DNA of 55,364 nucleotides, counting the filler, from Squatina squatina (taxonomy: Eukaryota), in assembly GCA_031763465.1 (NCBI GenBank). It is 3 parts of 3 records of this genome, joined end to end, with 100 filler letters (N's around TTAATTAATTAA, not from the genome) between each part and the next. Parts side by side here need not be neighbours in the genome. Positions count along the whole stretch, not along the records: positions 36,425 to 55,364 come from JARFOE010000115.1; 2 more parts are not named here. One strand, written 5' to 3'. Below are positions 36,425 to 50,250 of this stretch, piece by piece (within the stretch, counting starts at the first letter, position 1; every line of letters begins with the position of its first letter). Under the pieces are notes generated by a model, which was not told where the DNA came from, did no database searches, and worked only from the letters and a program-made list of their open reading frames with translations. Both the position numbers and the translations under genes were made by a program.

Positions 36425-38394
36425 GAGCAATGCCAGGCTCAGCACAATCGGAATCCCTTCATTAGAAGCACTTACAAGCCCGCAATAATATAAACGTACA
36501 TAAGAACCTTCCAGTAACCACAATTAGCCCAGAAATCCAGTGGAGAGGAAGGAAACTGTGGGGGAACTCGTTTCTGCCAATTGCTTGCTGTAATAAGTGA
36601 CTTCTAACTGGGAGGGATCTTTCATCTGTCTGCCCCTCTCTTCATCCCGCTGTCACTTTTCGGGGCATGNNNNNNNNNNCTCCCAAACAGCAATCTATTC
36701 CCAGTGCGCACTCCTCCCATGTAGCAGCATGGAGGCGCACTGAAATCCCACCAGTTCCCTGGGATCGGTGCCCCTGTAGTGTGCGGTACTTGAGCAATTG
36801 TCCACTCCTAAGTGGCCCCACTGCCAGGATTTACTTTCAACCACTCTGGGACTAATTGTACACTGCAGGGATTAATGTGAGAGCAGGGTAATGTGAGCAT
36901 GTGATATCGGTAATATCAATAAAATCACCAGGAGCCTAAAACAAATACGGAGGCTGCAACTAGGAAAAAGAGAAATAAACAAATTCAATTTAGAAACATT
37001 TGGACGCTCGCCAGTATAAGCAGACAGATTTGTCACTCGAAGCCCCATTGCTCTTGATATCAATTCCTCCCATCCCAATAGCTGCTGTCCAGCACTGTAC
37101 ATCTCATTAAAATAAAATTAACTGAAATTGTTAAATTGCTGCAATGGACATGTGTGAGTGCATGCACAGATGGTTTCAATCTTTTTAATGTAATTTTGAG
37201 AACGAGCTTAATACAGAATGGTGGCGGCATGGGTTGCAGACAGGAGAAGGAATTGGCAGAGAGACGGCAGATTTTATTTAATGGAGCTGTCCGGCAGCAT
37301 ACATGGGGTTAGGCAGCAGTAGTTTATNNNNNNNNNNNNNNNNNNNNNNNNNNNNNNNNNNNNNNNNNNNNNNNNNNNNNNNNNNNNNNNNNNNNNNNNN
37401 NNNNNNNNNNNNNNNNNNNNNNNNNNNGAAGACCCCTGTCGGAAATTTGTCTAACTGGAGTGGAGCGGCGCACCAGGCCTGCTTTGCTCAGGATTACCAG
37501 TTCTATGCGTGGTCTAACCAACAGTTAAAGGGAATGCTGGAGGCCACAACAAAATATTTTTTTCTATACTTGACTTCATGTGCAGTAGGAGTGAGAATCA
37601 CGCAGACCATTACACAATAACAATCATACACTTTGCACCAGTGAGTCAGAATTACGGAGTGCTGAGTTCCGGCAGTGCCTCTCAGGTACCTGATTAGTAC
37701 AGGATAGTTCAGGGATAGTTAGCAACGGGGCAGATTAATGATCTTTAAACAAAGCACTTTACAGTATAAACCGCCCTTTGAGTATAGCGGACAAATTGTG
37801 TTAGTACGAACACGTCCATTATAAATGGTTGAGACAGTACTGAAAAGGGAATGATTTACTCTATGATCAAATTGTTATTAAATACAAACTGGCATTAATG
37901 AATGTGATATTAAGATGAAGTGCTGCATTGTATCTCAACAGCTATTTCACAGTTTTATTTCAGTTCTTTTAAATATTGATGAACTTTGCATGTACTGAAG
38001 AAGTCTATGGCTTTAGAAATCAGATACTTTAAACTAACAAATGCTCCTAAGTGTCCTGAAGTTGACAATTTTGCACTAATCGCTTGCTATTTATTGTGAT
38101 TATAATTATCTTAAGTATGGCAACATAATTCCATTGCAAATAGCATGCAAATCATTTTACCATAAAAAAATTAGTGTATTGAACTCCGGAAGGGATCTGA
38201 ATTGTTTGTGATTGGTGCTGCACTCAGTACCAGCACAGGTCTCAATCAAAGGCAGCAACATGAATCCAAATTGTTCATTCTTACTCAGAGATGCTATATT
38301 TATGGAGCAGTGCAATAGTTACTAGTGACCTTCTTCAAAAGAGAATTTTATTTTATTGGTTTAAATAACCAACACCCAAAATCCTATTCCTAGT

Positions 38395-38565
38395 CAAAAC
38401 AGAAGCGGCTGAAAATGCAAACGCAGACTAGTCGGCAATTGAAAGAGAAAGGCAGGCTTGACCTTCATCGGTTGTGCTTGAAATTTTAAACTTGAAACAT
38501 TAACCTGCCTTTCTCTTTCAGATGCTGATTGAGTGGCAGTGTATTTCCAGTTTTTATTGCAGGTT
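38395..38565. repeat. Degenerate inverted-repeat (foldback) element
   Basis: Arm gaaagagaaaggcagg pairs with cctgcctttctctttc; a related copy lies at about 48640-48780. Confidence 0.7.
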
Positions 38566-38789
38566 TCCAACAATCAACAGTGACTGCACTTTGAAAGGAA
38601 TTCAACGATTGTGAAATGCTTTACATCCAAAGGCATGAAAGGTTGCTATATCAATGCAAGTCTGCTCATCAATGCAAGTTTGTTCACTAATTTGCAGACT
38701 TATTCCCATAACTAATAAGCCCTGTTGATTAAAATTCCAAAGTGAATCATAGTAACGTCTGAAGTGAGAAATACATTTTTCAGCCAATC

Positions 38790-40230
38790 AAACCCGGTCC
38801 AGCTAATCATTAAGGGCGGCCAATTAGTCCACTAACGCCCGTGCTAAAGTAGCGGGAAACGGGCGTTAGCAGCCTACCGTGGATTTTTAGCGGAAGGGCC
38901 TCCGTTTACCTTTTCGAGGCTTCTGATCCTAGGCACTAAAGAAGTATAGGGCCGGGATCGCTGGAAACACGGCGGTTGGCGGAAGATGGCAGACATGACG
39001 TCACCATTGGGCGCAACGCCCAAGATGGCCACCCGCCCAACAATTCGTCCGNNNNNNNNNNNNNNNNNNNNNNNNNNNNNNNNNNNNNNNNNNNNNNNNN
39101 NNNNNNNNNNNNNNNNNNNNNNNNNNNNNNNNNNNNNNNNNNNNNNNNNNNAAAATACAGTACTAAAGGCATTTATTTTCATTATATTATGAAACTTTTC
39201 ATAGCTTTGTTAATTTTCCAACTATATCTCTTTAAGTGGTGCTGCTAATTAACACAACATGGAACAACTGAGGCTGGAGTATAAATTATTGATTACTGGG
39301 TCAAGTGAACTGCACCTTTGATGAAAAGTCTTGGCCCGCACAGTAGCCTGCACATAAACAACGTCTAACCTTTTTCCTTGCAGAATGATGCCAGCACTGA
39401 ATTGCACCGACATAATGATGTATGGGTCAATCTGTTACTGATATATGGCACTCTGCCAGGAATGAGAGATGTTCTCTTCAATAGAATTTTACTTAATCTG
39501 TAGCATTTCTGCTAGTTAAAAAAATCTATAATGAACACTGTAAGTAAATACTCTTTCGTTCTTATTTTGTTTCCTGTTGTAACCACACAAGTAAGTGATT
39601 TGAACATATTGAGTAATCTGTGCCACAATCTGAACAGTGAATGCACTATAACTAAGGTGAAGTATTTCTCTTCCACTGTTGGACGTTTCTCATCTGTTTT
39701 CTTTCCACAGCTCACCCAGCCATTGAACTTGTTGCTTTTGCTTTTTATTTTGCAGGGTCTGAACACTATGGAGGCGGCTCATACTCAGCTTCCACTGTGT
39801 TAGTAAGAGACCTCTTATAAAACCAGAAGGCCTGTGGGTTTAATACAAGTTTCTGGGGCCGAAATTGCACTTTTTTTTCGCCCCAGGGCGAAAAAGGTTT
39901 TTGGCAGGGCTGGGGCGGCAATCTCGCCTCCCAGGAAATTCCCCAGGAGGTCGTGGAGGCGCAGGGCCCTATGCGACACACCCCGCAATTAGCACCCCGG
40001 GTTGGCGCACCACGTCGTCAACATACGGNNNNNNNNNNNNNNNNNNNNNNNNNNNNNNNNNNNNNNNNNNNNNNNNNNNNNNNNNNNNNNNNNNNNNNNN
40101 NNNNNNNNNNNNNNNNNNNNNNNNNNNNAAAACCAGGGTAAACACCGTTTGTCTCCTGGGGATTTCCGCGGATTTTCCACCAAAGTTCCGACGGATGATC
40201 GGGAGCACCCCCATGGAAAGTAACCCTTTT
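38790..40230. mobile_element. GC-rich MITE-like fragments at contig ends (38790-39051, 39855-40028, 40129-40230)
   Basis: CpG-rich and abutting gaps; terminus ggggccgaaattgc. Similar elements at 21262-21399 and 54560-54920. Confidence 0.45.
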
Positions 40231-41949
40231 AGTTTTAAACATTCTGAAAGGTAGGATATATCTATTGTGCAGGCGGGGTGCCTTGCTGAGAGCACCAAGC
40301 TGCAGTATAGTTTGGTTTCTCCACCCAAGACTCAGCAATTGTCCAAGCTATTACTCATCTGACAATTGAACAGAGTAATCGGTTCTGATGGACTTGTCAT
40401 TTCAAATTAAAAGGCATCCTTGTTTTGCTGGCACACTTCTGATTAAAGGGGCACAGTAGAATGAATAAATAATAAAGCACTGCCCCAACACATCCATTAA
40501 TCTGGTGACATCGCTCACTTTGTTTTTGGCTTCAGGGTCCATATGCATCAAGTGATTGATAAGTGCTTCCCTAACCTCTTCAGTGTTTTAAAGTTGACAG
40601 CTGAAGAGCCTGACTTGCAATGGATATTAAATATATGCTTTCTCAATATAAAGTATATCTAGAAAGTGACACAAATCAGTTGCACTGAGTCATCCTTTTC
40701 CTTATAATTTCAGATAGTAATAGCAGTCCAATACCAAAAGCGTGNNNNNNNNNNNNNNNNNNNNNNNNNNNNNNNNNNNNNNNNNNNNNNNNNNNNNNNN
40801 NNNNNNNNNNNNNNNNNNNNNNNNNNNNNNNNNNNNNNNNNNNNCCTATAATTCTGTTAAATTTGTAGAGTATAGCTTGAGTTAGCCGTGACAAAGAAAA
40901 GTTTGGGCTGTAAGAAAGATCCCATTAAAGCCAGTAAAATAGCACCACGCTTCCCTAAAAGATTGAATTGAAAGAAGTCACTAATTTATTCTCCATGGAT
41001 GCCATCAACTTTCATCCTGAAGTGTGAATATTGTGTATACTATGGCACAAGGCGCTTGTAGTTCCATCACAGCTTTCACCAGTATCAAGAGGCAATCTGT
41101 TTGAATGCTGCATTAGACAGGTTATTAAAATGTAACTGACGTATTAAATGAGTGGCTGCAGACAGCCTTTCTGCTCATTGACTGAGTGGCTCCTAATATT
41201 AAGTGAAAGCCTGCTCATTTTATATGATAAAACATGGTAATGTGGCAGGGAAGCGTGAATAACTTTCTCCAAGGGATTTGTACAAGTCAGCTCTGACCTT
41301 TGCAGAAGGATTGCTCACATGGTAGTAATGACTCCTGTGCTGAGACCATGATCAGAATAATAGAAAAAAGCTCAAAATACAACAGTTTTTATTTTTCCAT
41401 TAGGAGTCATTAAGGCTTTAAAATGTCTCAAGCTGCGCAGATATTTAACTACCGAGAATTAATGTTTTCTTGCCTGCTTTTTGCTGTAACACCACAATTC
41501 AGGACCATGGGACAGCCCAGTGTTGAGGACATCTCCATGAGCACCATTATCATCACTTGAGTGAAGAAAGGGACCTGACCTTCCTCATTCAACCTCATTT
41601 CCAACCCTGTCAATTTTCCTTCACTCCCTTAAGGAATCTTGCTAAAACTTGTAACTCTATTTTCTACCAGCTAAGCTTGAAAGTAAGTTAGCGCAGACTG
41701 GGGTTTGAACTTGGATTTCCTGTGGGAAAGTCCAATTCTAGCACTGTAGCTACTAGGCTATTTTCTTTCATTTTCTTTAAATACCTGAATCTTTGCTTCA
41801 AAGGCACATTACTACTTCCAATAGGGAGTTTTCAGAAGGTTCTGTCAAGAACAATCCACTGCATAGCACTGCACCAGGTTAGCCAGCACAATGAGTTTGC
41901 AGAAGATATGGTACCTGCTTCAAAAGGCTGACTGAGTGAAACACCGACA

Positions 41950-42580
41950 TGAATCTTTCCTGAGAGACAGTGAGGAAGTGAATTTGGCTCGAGCACCACA
42001 TGTTGGCTCAGGCAAAGTATTCAAGAGGAGTACTCAGGTATGCAATATCAGAAAGTAGAGCTGCTCAACCAGCTGGATTCCAGGACCAGCTGGCTGCAAC
42101 ATGCATGGTTTCTTGAAGACAGATTCCAGAAGATTGTCACTCCATAGATAGAGAGAATTAGTTAAGCAGAATAGATAATTGGGTTACTGCCTGCAGGGGA
42201 TGAGGGGACAGCAGGAAGCAGAGCAGAAAAACCTTGAGGGTTTGGACTCATCTACAGTTCCGGATACTTATAATGCAGTGGAGGATGAAGGTATACGGGA
42301 GCAGCAACACAGCACAATGAACAAATTCCAGTAGATGCTCATGCCACAGATATCCATGATGAAAAAAAACACGAATCAAAAGGACAGGAGAGCGGTATTT
42401 CAGCCGGGAATGAGAATCCCGAAAGGTATGTGGTTTCCCAGGTGTTAGGGTAAGACACTTAATGGAACAGGTGGAAAAACTTCTGAAAAGAACATAAGAA
42501 TATAAGAAACAGGAGCAGGAGTAGACCATTTGGCCCCTCGAGCCTGCTCCACCATTCAACAAGATCATGGCTGATCTTCT
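41950..42580 (+). mobile_element. Degenerate CR1 ORF1 remnant plus an inverted CR1 3' tail
   Basis: VCGFPGVRVRHLMEQVEKLL esterase motif at about 42425-42490, then aacataagaatataagaaacaggagcaggagtagaccattt. Confidence 0.6.
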
Positions 42581-45254
42581 TTTCATGGGCAGAGTGTTCT
42601 TCACCGGGACTGGTCATGGGNNNNNNNNNNNNNNNNNNNNNNNNNNNNNNNNNNNNNNNNNNNNNNNNNNNNNNNNNNNNNNNNNNNNNNNNNNNNNNNN
42701 NNNNNNNNNNNNNNNNNNNNATTGCCAGTCTTTACACCATAATCACTAATCCTGAAAATGATCCTATCAATAAAACAGTCTCACAGTGTCCTCCATGACA
42801 AGCATTGTCCACAACAGCAACTTGCTTTTATATAGTGGCTTTAACAAAGAATATCCCACAGTGTTTCACAAATATGTGTCAGGAAAATGGATGCTGAACC
42901 AGGGTGAGATGAGGAGGGGTGACAGAAAGATTGGACAAAGAAATGGATCTTAATGGTAGACATGGTCATGAAGAAGTAGAGAGGTTTCGGGAGGAATTCT
43001 AAAAAGTAAAGCTGAGGCAGCTGAAAGACCTGCCACCAATGGGGGTCGGGGTTAAAGGAGTTAGAGAAATGGAGTGTTCCTGAATAGAATGGACGGAAGA
43101 GATTGGTTAAGGTTGTGCTGGGCCTTTTTGGATTTTGAATTTGATGCGTTGGAGACAGAGAACCAGTGTAGACCAGTGATGACGTGGTGTGATGAGTAAA
43201 CTGAATGTAGTTCAGGACAGGATAGAGAGCTTTGGGCAAGTCCAACACCATATTAGTTTGGGCCCCATGGAGGCGAACCTCGTGGCCACCTAAAATAGAC
43301 TTTATGCCAATAATGAATCTAACACCTGCTTTAGGACCCAAACTGGTTTACCCTGAACGCAACAGGTTTTGGGCCTACTGCATTCAGGATTACCAAGTCA
43401 ACATGCAGCCTAACCAGCAGTTAAAAAAAAATATCTAGAATTCCTGCAAGGCTTCTCCTAAATATCCACCATAACTTCAGCAGAAGAAATGGCATAAGTG
43501 GCTGTTTGTGTCAAGTTCCTCTGGGGGTTACACTGATCCACCAAAGTTACAGTGACTCATCAGGGAACAGAAAAGATATTCCAAAATCTTCTATTAAACT
43601 AACGGCAGCATAGCAGAATTATTTACTTTAGCCATACATAGGTTCGAAAACATACATTCAGATCGCATTATGTATGCAATCAACTCAATTGCCATTGACC
43701 TTGAAACAACACTATGGGATGAATGCATAATAAGATTCATCAGAAATTATTTTCTCCAGTATTTTAGCAAAGACTATTTATTTTAAACAGGTTAATGCCT
43801 CCACTAAAATACAACATTGCAAAACAACTCGTTAAGCATTTGTATGCTATTAATCCCACTGCATAGTTTCAAGGCTGTTATTTACACCACACACAGAGCA
43901 ATTTTATGAGTTTATCTTAATTATTGCTTTTACAAAGACTGGGATAATGACATTGTTGCATAGGTTGCTGAGAGTGTGCAATACATCACTGCAGGTCTGA
44001 AACAAGATGAGTATAGCGATGCAGCCACACGGCTGTTACTGGGTTCAGTATGGAAGTGGAATTGCTTGTGTGCAATTTATGAACAGACAGGAAACAATGG
44101 TCAGAATGTCCTGTTTCCAGGGCCAACTGTGCAAAAGTGTCCTGATTGCCAATGTCAGTCAGATNNNNNNNNNNTAGGCGGAGACTATATGAAACAGAAA
44201 TGTAATACTGGTGCAACAGAAGTGCTGTGCTATGGTTAAGGTTAAGGAACATTGCAAGGAAAAGAGGGAGCGTTACTCTGCTTCAAACCCATACCATGTC
44301 TAAGCTTTGAGTGATTGAAGCTGTCACACAGTACTTTACATAAGAAAGTGTTCCATTCATAGTGCAACCATCCCTCACTTTGACAAGTACAAAGAAAGAG
44401 AAAGAGAGAAAGTCTATTTTTTTTTAAATACCCAAAGGAGGGTAATAAGATAAAAATATTTAAAATGGTTGTAACTGTAGGAAAAAAACTATCAAGCGGG
44501 AGGACAGTTTAAAAGGCTGCCAAGATTGGTTATAGATGTGCATGTCACCCGATTCTGGAAGTGGGATTTCACAATTAATCTGATGTGAATAAATCACCAT
44601 TATGCAGTTCACACAATTGGTACAAGAAAGGCTCACAACAATTGGGTACAGGTACAATATATGGAAAACACATTTATTTTCAGGCTTGCCTTGGAGTGAG
44701 TCTCAAATTCAATGTTTAGGTTAAAATGTTGTGTTTTGAGTACAACCTGAAAGAACACAGGANNNNNNNNNNNNNNNNNNNNNNNNNNNNNNNNNNNNNN
44801 NNNNNNNNNNNNNNNNNNNNNNNNNNNNNNNNNNNNNNNNNNNNNNNNNNNNNNNNNNNNNNAATCTCTATCAATCCGTTGGCTGATGTAATCAACATGT
44901 TTATATTTTGGTTTGTTTTCCATGCTGTCAAGTAATCAGCTGCAGCAATGGCCACGGAACTCACACCTTAGGTTGACAGACATGGTTCCCGAGCTGTGTG
45001 AATCCTGTAGCCATGCAGAGAAATATAAAAAGTAGGCGGGAAAAGGCTCTTAAGTGCCTGCAAAATCCCTCATAATGATTCAATTGGGTCCCCCGCTGCT
45101 GCCGGTTGGTTCAGCTCCACACTGACATACGCGCCTGTGGGAAAGGCACATGTGAGCGAGTTGACAGCGGGTTGCCGACCACTGTCAAAAAAAAACAACT
45201 TTCACACTCGACCCGCCACCAATTGCGCCCACGACCAGCACAGAAGATTTAGCA

Positions 45255-46602
45255 CACAATAGTAATATATTACCTCTTCAATGGCTTGGTGGACAAACTG
45301 GATGTGGACTGGACAAGAACTGTGAATGTGGCCACAAGTGGGACACCAGCAATGTTGGGCAATAAAGTTTGAGTTGTGGCCAAACTGAACGCCAAATTGC
45401 AAAGTATCAACCCAAACCAACACTTTAGTTTACACTGCATTTTACATCATGAAGCTCTGTGCTATATAACTTTGAAAATGTTATGGATGTGGTTATTAAA
45501 ACTGTAAATTTTATTTGAGGTCCAGCTCTCAACCACCAGCTGTTTAGACAGCTGTTGGAAGAATGTGATGGTCACCGTGGACTGCCACTATAACACTGCG
45601 GTTCGGTGGCTAATTTGGGGAGCACTTTTCTGACTTACGTGGTGAGATCCAACTCCTCAGAAAGGGAAAGATGTTTCTGACTTACAAGACAATGAACGGT
45701 TTCAAGACCTTGCTTTCACGGTGACATGGCACATGAACTCGCTCAACAGAAGAATGCAGAGGCGCAACCAAGTAGTGACAGAATACTATGATAACATTCG
45801 GGCCTGTGAGATGAAGCTTCAGCTGTGGGAGAAGCAACTTTCCCAGAGTAACATGGCACATTTTCCCACCTTGAAATCAATATGTGACATTGCAGTATGA
45901 GGACTCAATGTGATGGCACCACAGAATGGTACATGTGACAAACTGCTGAACTGGAAAAGCAATTTCAAGAAATATTCCCTGACTTCAGGAACCATGAAGG
46001 AGAGCTTGCAATTTTTAGTGCACCATTTTCTGTCAATGTGGATGGTGTAGCAGAGGAGGTCCAAATGGAAGTTATTGATGTGCAGTGAGACACTGCTTAA
46101 GAACAAGTTTTCCGATATTGCTGTTACTGCAGTATCCCAACCTGAGGTCCTTGTATCAGCAATTATTTCTATTTTTGCGAGCATATACATGTGTGAATGA
46201 TTATTCGCCATCGTGAGTATTAGCAGGTCTAGACTGTGTTCCCAACTTAGTGATACAAAACCTGAACTTGGTACTCAAGTTAGCCACAGCCCAATCATTT
46301 CCTCCAAATGATTATGCAATGGTTCAAGCCAAGAGGTACCAGGTTTTGGGAACAGCAGTAGCAGCAATAGAACTTTAATTTTATGTATAACACCGATCAC
46401 GACCTCAGGACATCCCAGAGCACTTTGCAGGCAATGAAGTACTTTTGAAATGTAGTCACTGTTGCAATATAGGAAATAAAATCTAAATGTAAGTCAGTAC
46501 CAATATGGTTTATCTTTATCTATTTCTATTTTAATAACTTTTACTTAATAGTGTTAGGATATCGGATCAGGTCCACCGTATAAAATGAGTTTGTCATCCT
46601 TG
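45255..46602 (+). mobile_element. hAT (Charlie/SPIN, GTF2IRD2-like) transposase remnant with probable 3' TIR
   Basis: DWTRTVNVATSGTPAMLG, HCILHHEALC, MDVVIKTVNFI, TAVRWL, QDLAF, MKLQLWEKQL...HFPTL, FASIYMCE*LF; many stops and frameshifts. gagtttgtcatccttg at 46587-46602 resembles a hAT terminus. Confidence 0.88.
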
Positions 46603-46919
46603 ATTTATATAGTGTCTTATCAGTGTTATCCAATCTGTTAGCCACACATGACTAACTGGAAATCCAGATGTGCTTAATTGCATTTCTGATTAGTTAATTA
46701 AAAAGAAATGAGTAATAGGCATTGTTGTTGGGCATGTTATCTCAATAGTCATTCACATGGCATATGCATATGTACTTTAACCTTTTCGGGTGGTCATTGG
46801 TAAAATGGTAAGACAAAAACAGAGTGTGCAATTGTTTTTTGTTTGTTGTGAGTGCTTTACTTCCTTGGTAATTGAATGGTGGTAGATGTTTGTTAAGTAA
46901 ATATACACATGAAGTACAT

Positions 46920-47039
46920 TTAGAAACATAGAAACATAGGAAATAGGTGCAGGAGTAGGCCATTCGGCCCTTCAAGCCTCCCCGCCATTCAACACAATCA
47001 TGGCTGATCTTTCAACTCAGTACCCCGTGCCTGCTTTCT
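46920..47039 (-). mobile_element. CR1 3' tail
   Basis: tagaaacatagaaacataggaaataggtgcaggagtaggccattcggccc. Confidence 0.8.
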
Positions 47040-49964
47040 NNNNNNNNNNNNNNNNNNNNNNNNNNNNNNNNNNNNNNNNNNNNNNNNNNNNNNNNNNNNN
47101 NNNNNNNNNNNNNNNNNNNNNNNNNNNNNNNNNNNNNNNTTAGTGGAGAAAAAGGTTTGTTTACGCCACCTAGTGGTGCTAAACAAGCAGAACCCAAACT
47201 GTGTCATATATTTACAAACGTGTCAGATACATGTCCTCCTGGGTGCACCTCTTTGCAAACCAGTTAGATCTCCACAAATCGAAATGACCAACAAGGTACT
47301 ACGGGATGATAGTCCAGTGACATGGTGCATAGGTGTTCTTGTCTACATAATTAAACAGCTATAACACTAGTATTTTTCAAAATATAGAAACAGATAAAGG
47401 GTTGGTTATGTCAAAGGCAATTAGTGAAGGTAATGGAGTAGCTCATAAATGACAAAGTTATGGCTGGACTGTGGTCAGAATCACATCTGCAAATGATTTT
47501 TAAATTAAACTCCGTCCTTGGCGCATTAAAATTCCGCTCTTGTGCTCACAGCGCATGCCAGTTGCCCAACTAATGGACAGAAAATCACAGGCTGAGAGTG
47601 AGCAATTTCACAATATGCACTCCCAGAGAGCATCGGGAGTGGGAGGAGAGAAATTTTTTTGTCCCATTATAGCAGGTCCTATTATGTTTCAAACTGAGAA
47701 AAAAAACAAAGAAACTTTAACGATCCTTTCTGTAGTTTTTGTTACACAAGAAAATCAATTGAAAGAGCTTTGTGGAACTCTATTTTTTTCTTTCCACTTG
47801 AGAACAGTAAAGGGAAGGAATGTAGGTCACAAACATGTGTTTTGCCTGTATTTTGTGACCCTCATTTCTGAAGTGATGTACCCATCCCTAGACTTGCCAA
47901 ACCTCATTAATTTCAGTGGGAATCACGGTATTCTGCCAAAGCAAAGTGTAACCTCTTTCTCTGTATCTAGTTGTATTAAACAAAATCCTTTGTTCTATTG
48001 CTTCTATGGGTCCACAATCCGAGTTACTGATTTTTCTTTAAAAAAGCTTGTTGCTTCCAACGGTCTGAACTCAGCAATACTGCATATTCTTATCATCCCT
48101 CTTACCCTGTGTAACTGCAGGACCTTTACGTCGATGGCTCCTAACTTTCTGAAATCAGGACAACTAAGCATGTGTGAATTTCCAAGTTCAAAACGGAGAC
48201 CTGTAACTCAGTGGCACAATGTGTTAATGCCTTAACCTACTACACAACCTAGCCACCAAACAACATGTTCTATATTTGAATATATTTCCATATGCTAAAA
48301 TATATTTGAATACGTTTCCATGGCCATTGGGCCGAATGGCCTGTTTCTGTGCTTTAAATACTATGTAATTGTAGCATTCTGACTTCTGAGCCAATTTAGC
48401 TCAGCTGACTCAGCATTGGTCATAAATTGATCCTGGGACTTTCCTAAGTTTTATGGCTCAGAGATGACGACTTTCCCTCTGACAACCAAGGCAACTAACA
48501 TTAAAAATTGTCCATTGTTAACATTAATCAATGGCAAGTGGACCTGGTACCTGTAATATACAGACATCTTTATGAATCAGAGCTCCATGGAGAATTATAC
48601 AGCATCGCTGCAAAGCACAAATCTGTCAATGTGATTTAAAAAATGAGAAAGCACAGCAGGTCGGATATCATCTAAAGAAAAAGACAGGTTAACAGTTCGT
48701 GACTATATTGCTTGGAATGCTGACGTACCTTTCTCTTTCAGATGCTGTGCTCTTCCACTATTTTCTGTGTTTATTCGCAATTTTCTGCATCATAGTGTTC
48801 CTTTTTTCCCCCAAATTCAGTAATACTCCCTACACTATAATTGCTCCATGAAGGAGAATCAATGATTTCTCCACAATACGGCAGAATACGGTTTATTGAG
48901 CAGGCAGGAATGGGGGAGTGGCTGATCTGCAGTTAAAATAATTAAAACTAACACTTTTAAATGGGGTATACAGTTCACTTGTAATCCCTGGACACAGCAA
49001 CCTGGTTCACCATTGAAATAAGGTGCTATTGTTTCCTTTGCTGATAATTTAGATATTTTCTATGTCCCGTACGTGCAATCTTGCATTTCACAACAGAAAT
49101 CTGTGCAACTTGCATAACAACATACATTAGCATCAAGTCACATCAGTTTTCAATTATGAAGTTTGATTCAATTTAATGTACACCTAGGTAGTTTCTTAAA
49201 ACTAACCATGCAACCCCTCCTCTAGAAAATAGCATATACTGCGCCTTTAGTGTGTGCTTGAGTAAGCACTAACTTGTAGTGAATTAGAATCATCGAATCA
49301 TACAGAAGAGAAGATGGCCATTTGGCCCTTGGTGCCTATGCCGTCTCTTTGAAAGAGCTATCTAATTAGTCCCACTCATGAGGAAGGGAGAACAGATTGC
49401 ATCCCAACAGTCCAACGTTCTCAAATCTCTATTTAAGAGACCAAGCAGATGTCATTGATAAAGAAAACTGACAAAGTTGATGCAAACAAATTGTTCACTA
49501 TAGCAAGGGGTTCAAATACTAGAGAATACTAGTTAAAAACTAAGGCACTCACAGTGAAAAGGGATGGAAATTTTTCACCCAAAGTGTAATGGAATTGTGA
49601 AATAAGTTACCAGACAGGCACATTGAAACAGACACTTTAAAGAGAGCTACTGGAAGAGGGTTTGGCAGAGAGACAGGCAGGTGGAGTTGATCTATCACAA
49701 ACGGATGACATATTGGGACTATTGCCATTTTCCCGTTTGAAAACAAAAATTCTTAACAGACAAAAGATATACATCGGGATATGATCCAGAATTTACACCT
49801 TGGACACAATATAGCCAATACGCATAATTTTCTTACAAGAAATATTGTGTTACTGATACAACGCNNNNNNNNNNNNNNNNNNNNNNNNNNNNNNNNNNNN
49901 NNNNNNNNNNNNNNNNNNNNNNNNNNNNNNNNNNNNNNNNNNNNNNNNNNNNNNNNNNNNNNNN

Positions 49965-50250
49965 CACTCACTCCCTCCACCACCTTAAACATTCACTCCC
50001 TCCACCACCTTACACACTCACTCCCTCCACCACCTTAAACATTCACTCCCTCCACCAGCTTAAACATTCACTCCCTCCACCACCTTAAGCATTCACTCTT
50101 ATCCACCATCTTAAGAACTCCCTCCCTCCACCACCTTAAACATTCACTCCTATCCACCATGTTAAACATTCACTCCTATCCACCATCTTAAACATTCACT
50201 CCTATCCATCACCTTAAGCATTCACTCCTCTCCATCATCTTAAAAACTCC
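49965..50250. repeat. 25-bp minisatellite (aaacattcactccctccaccacctt), about 11 copies
   Basis: caccttaaac at 49981 and 50031 (two units apart); progressively diverging copies. Confidence 0.93.

Noticed and set aside
43964-44240. Exon-like open frame VAESVQYITAGLKQDEYSDAATRLLLG
   Set aside because: Weak acceptor, no recognisable homology, interrupted by a gap.
47540-48235. 231-aa plus-strand ORF
   Set aside because: Non-ATG start, no recognisable domain, homopolymer-rich intron-like composition.
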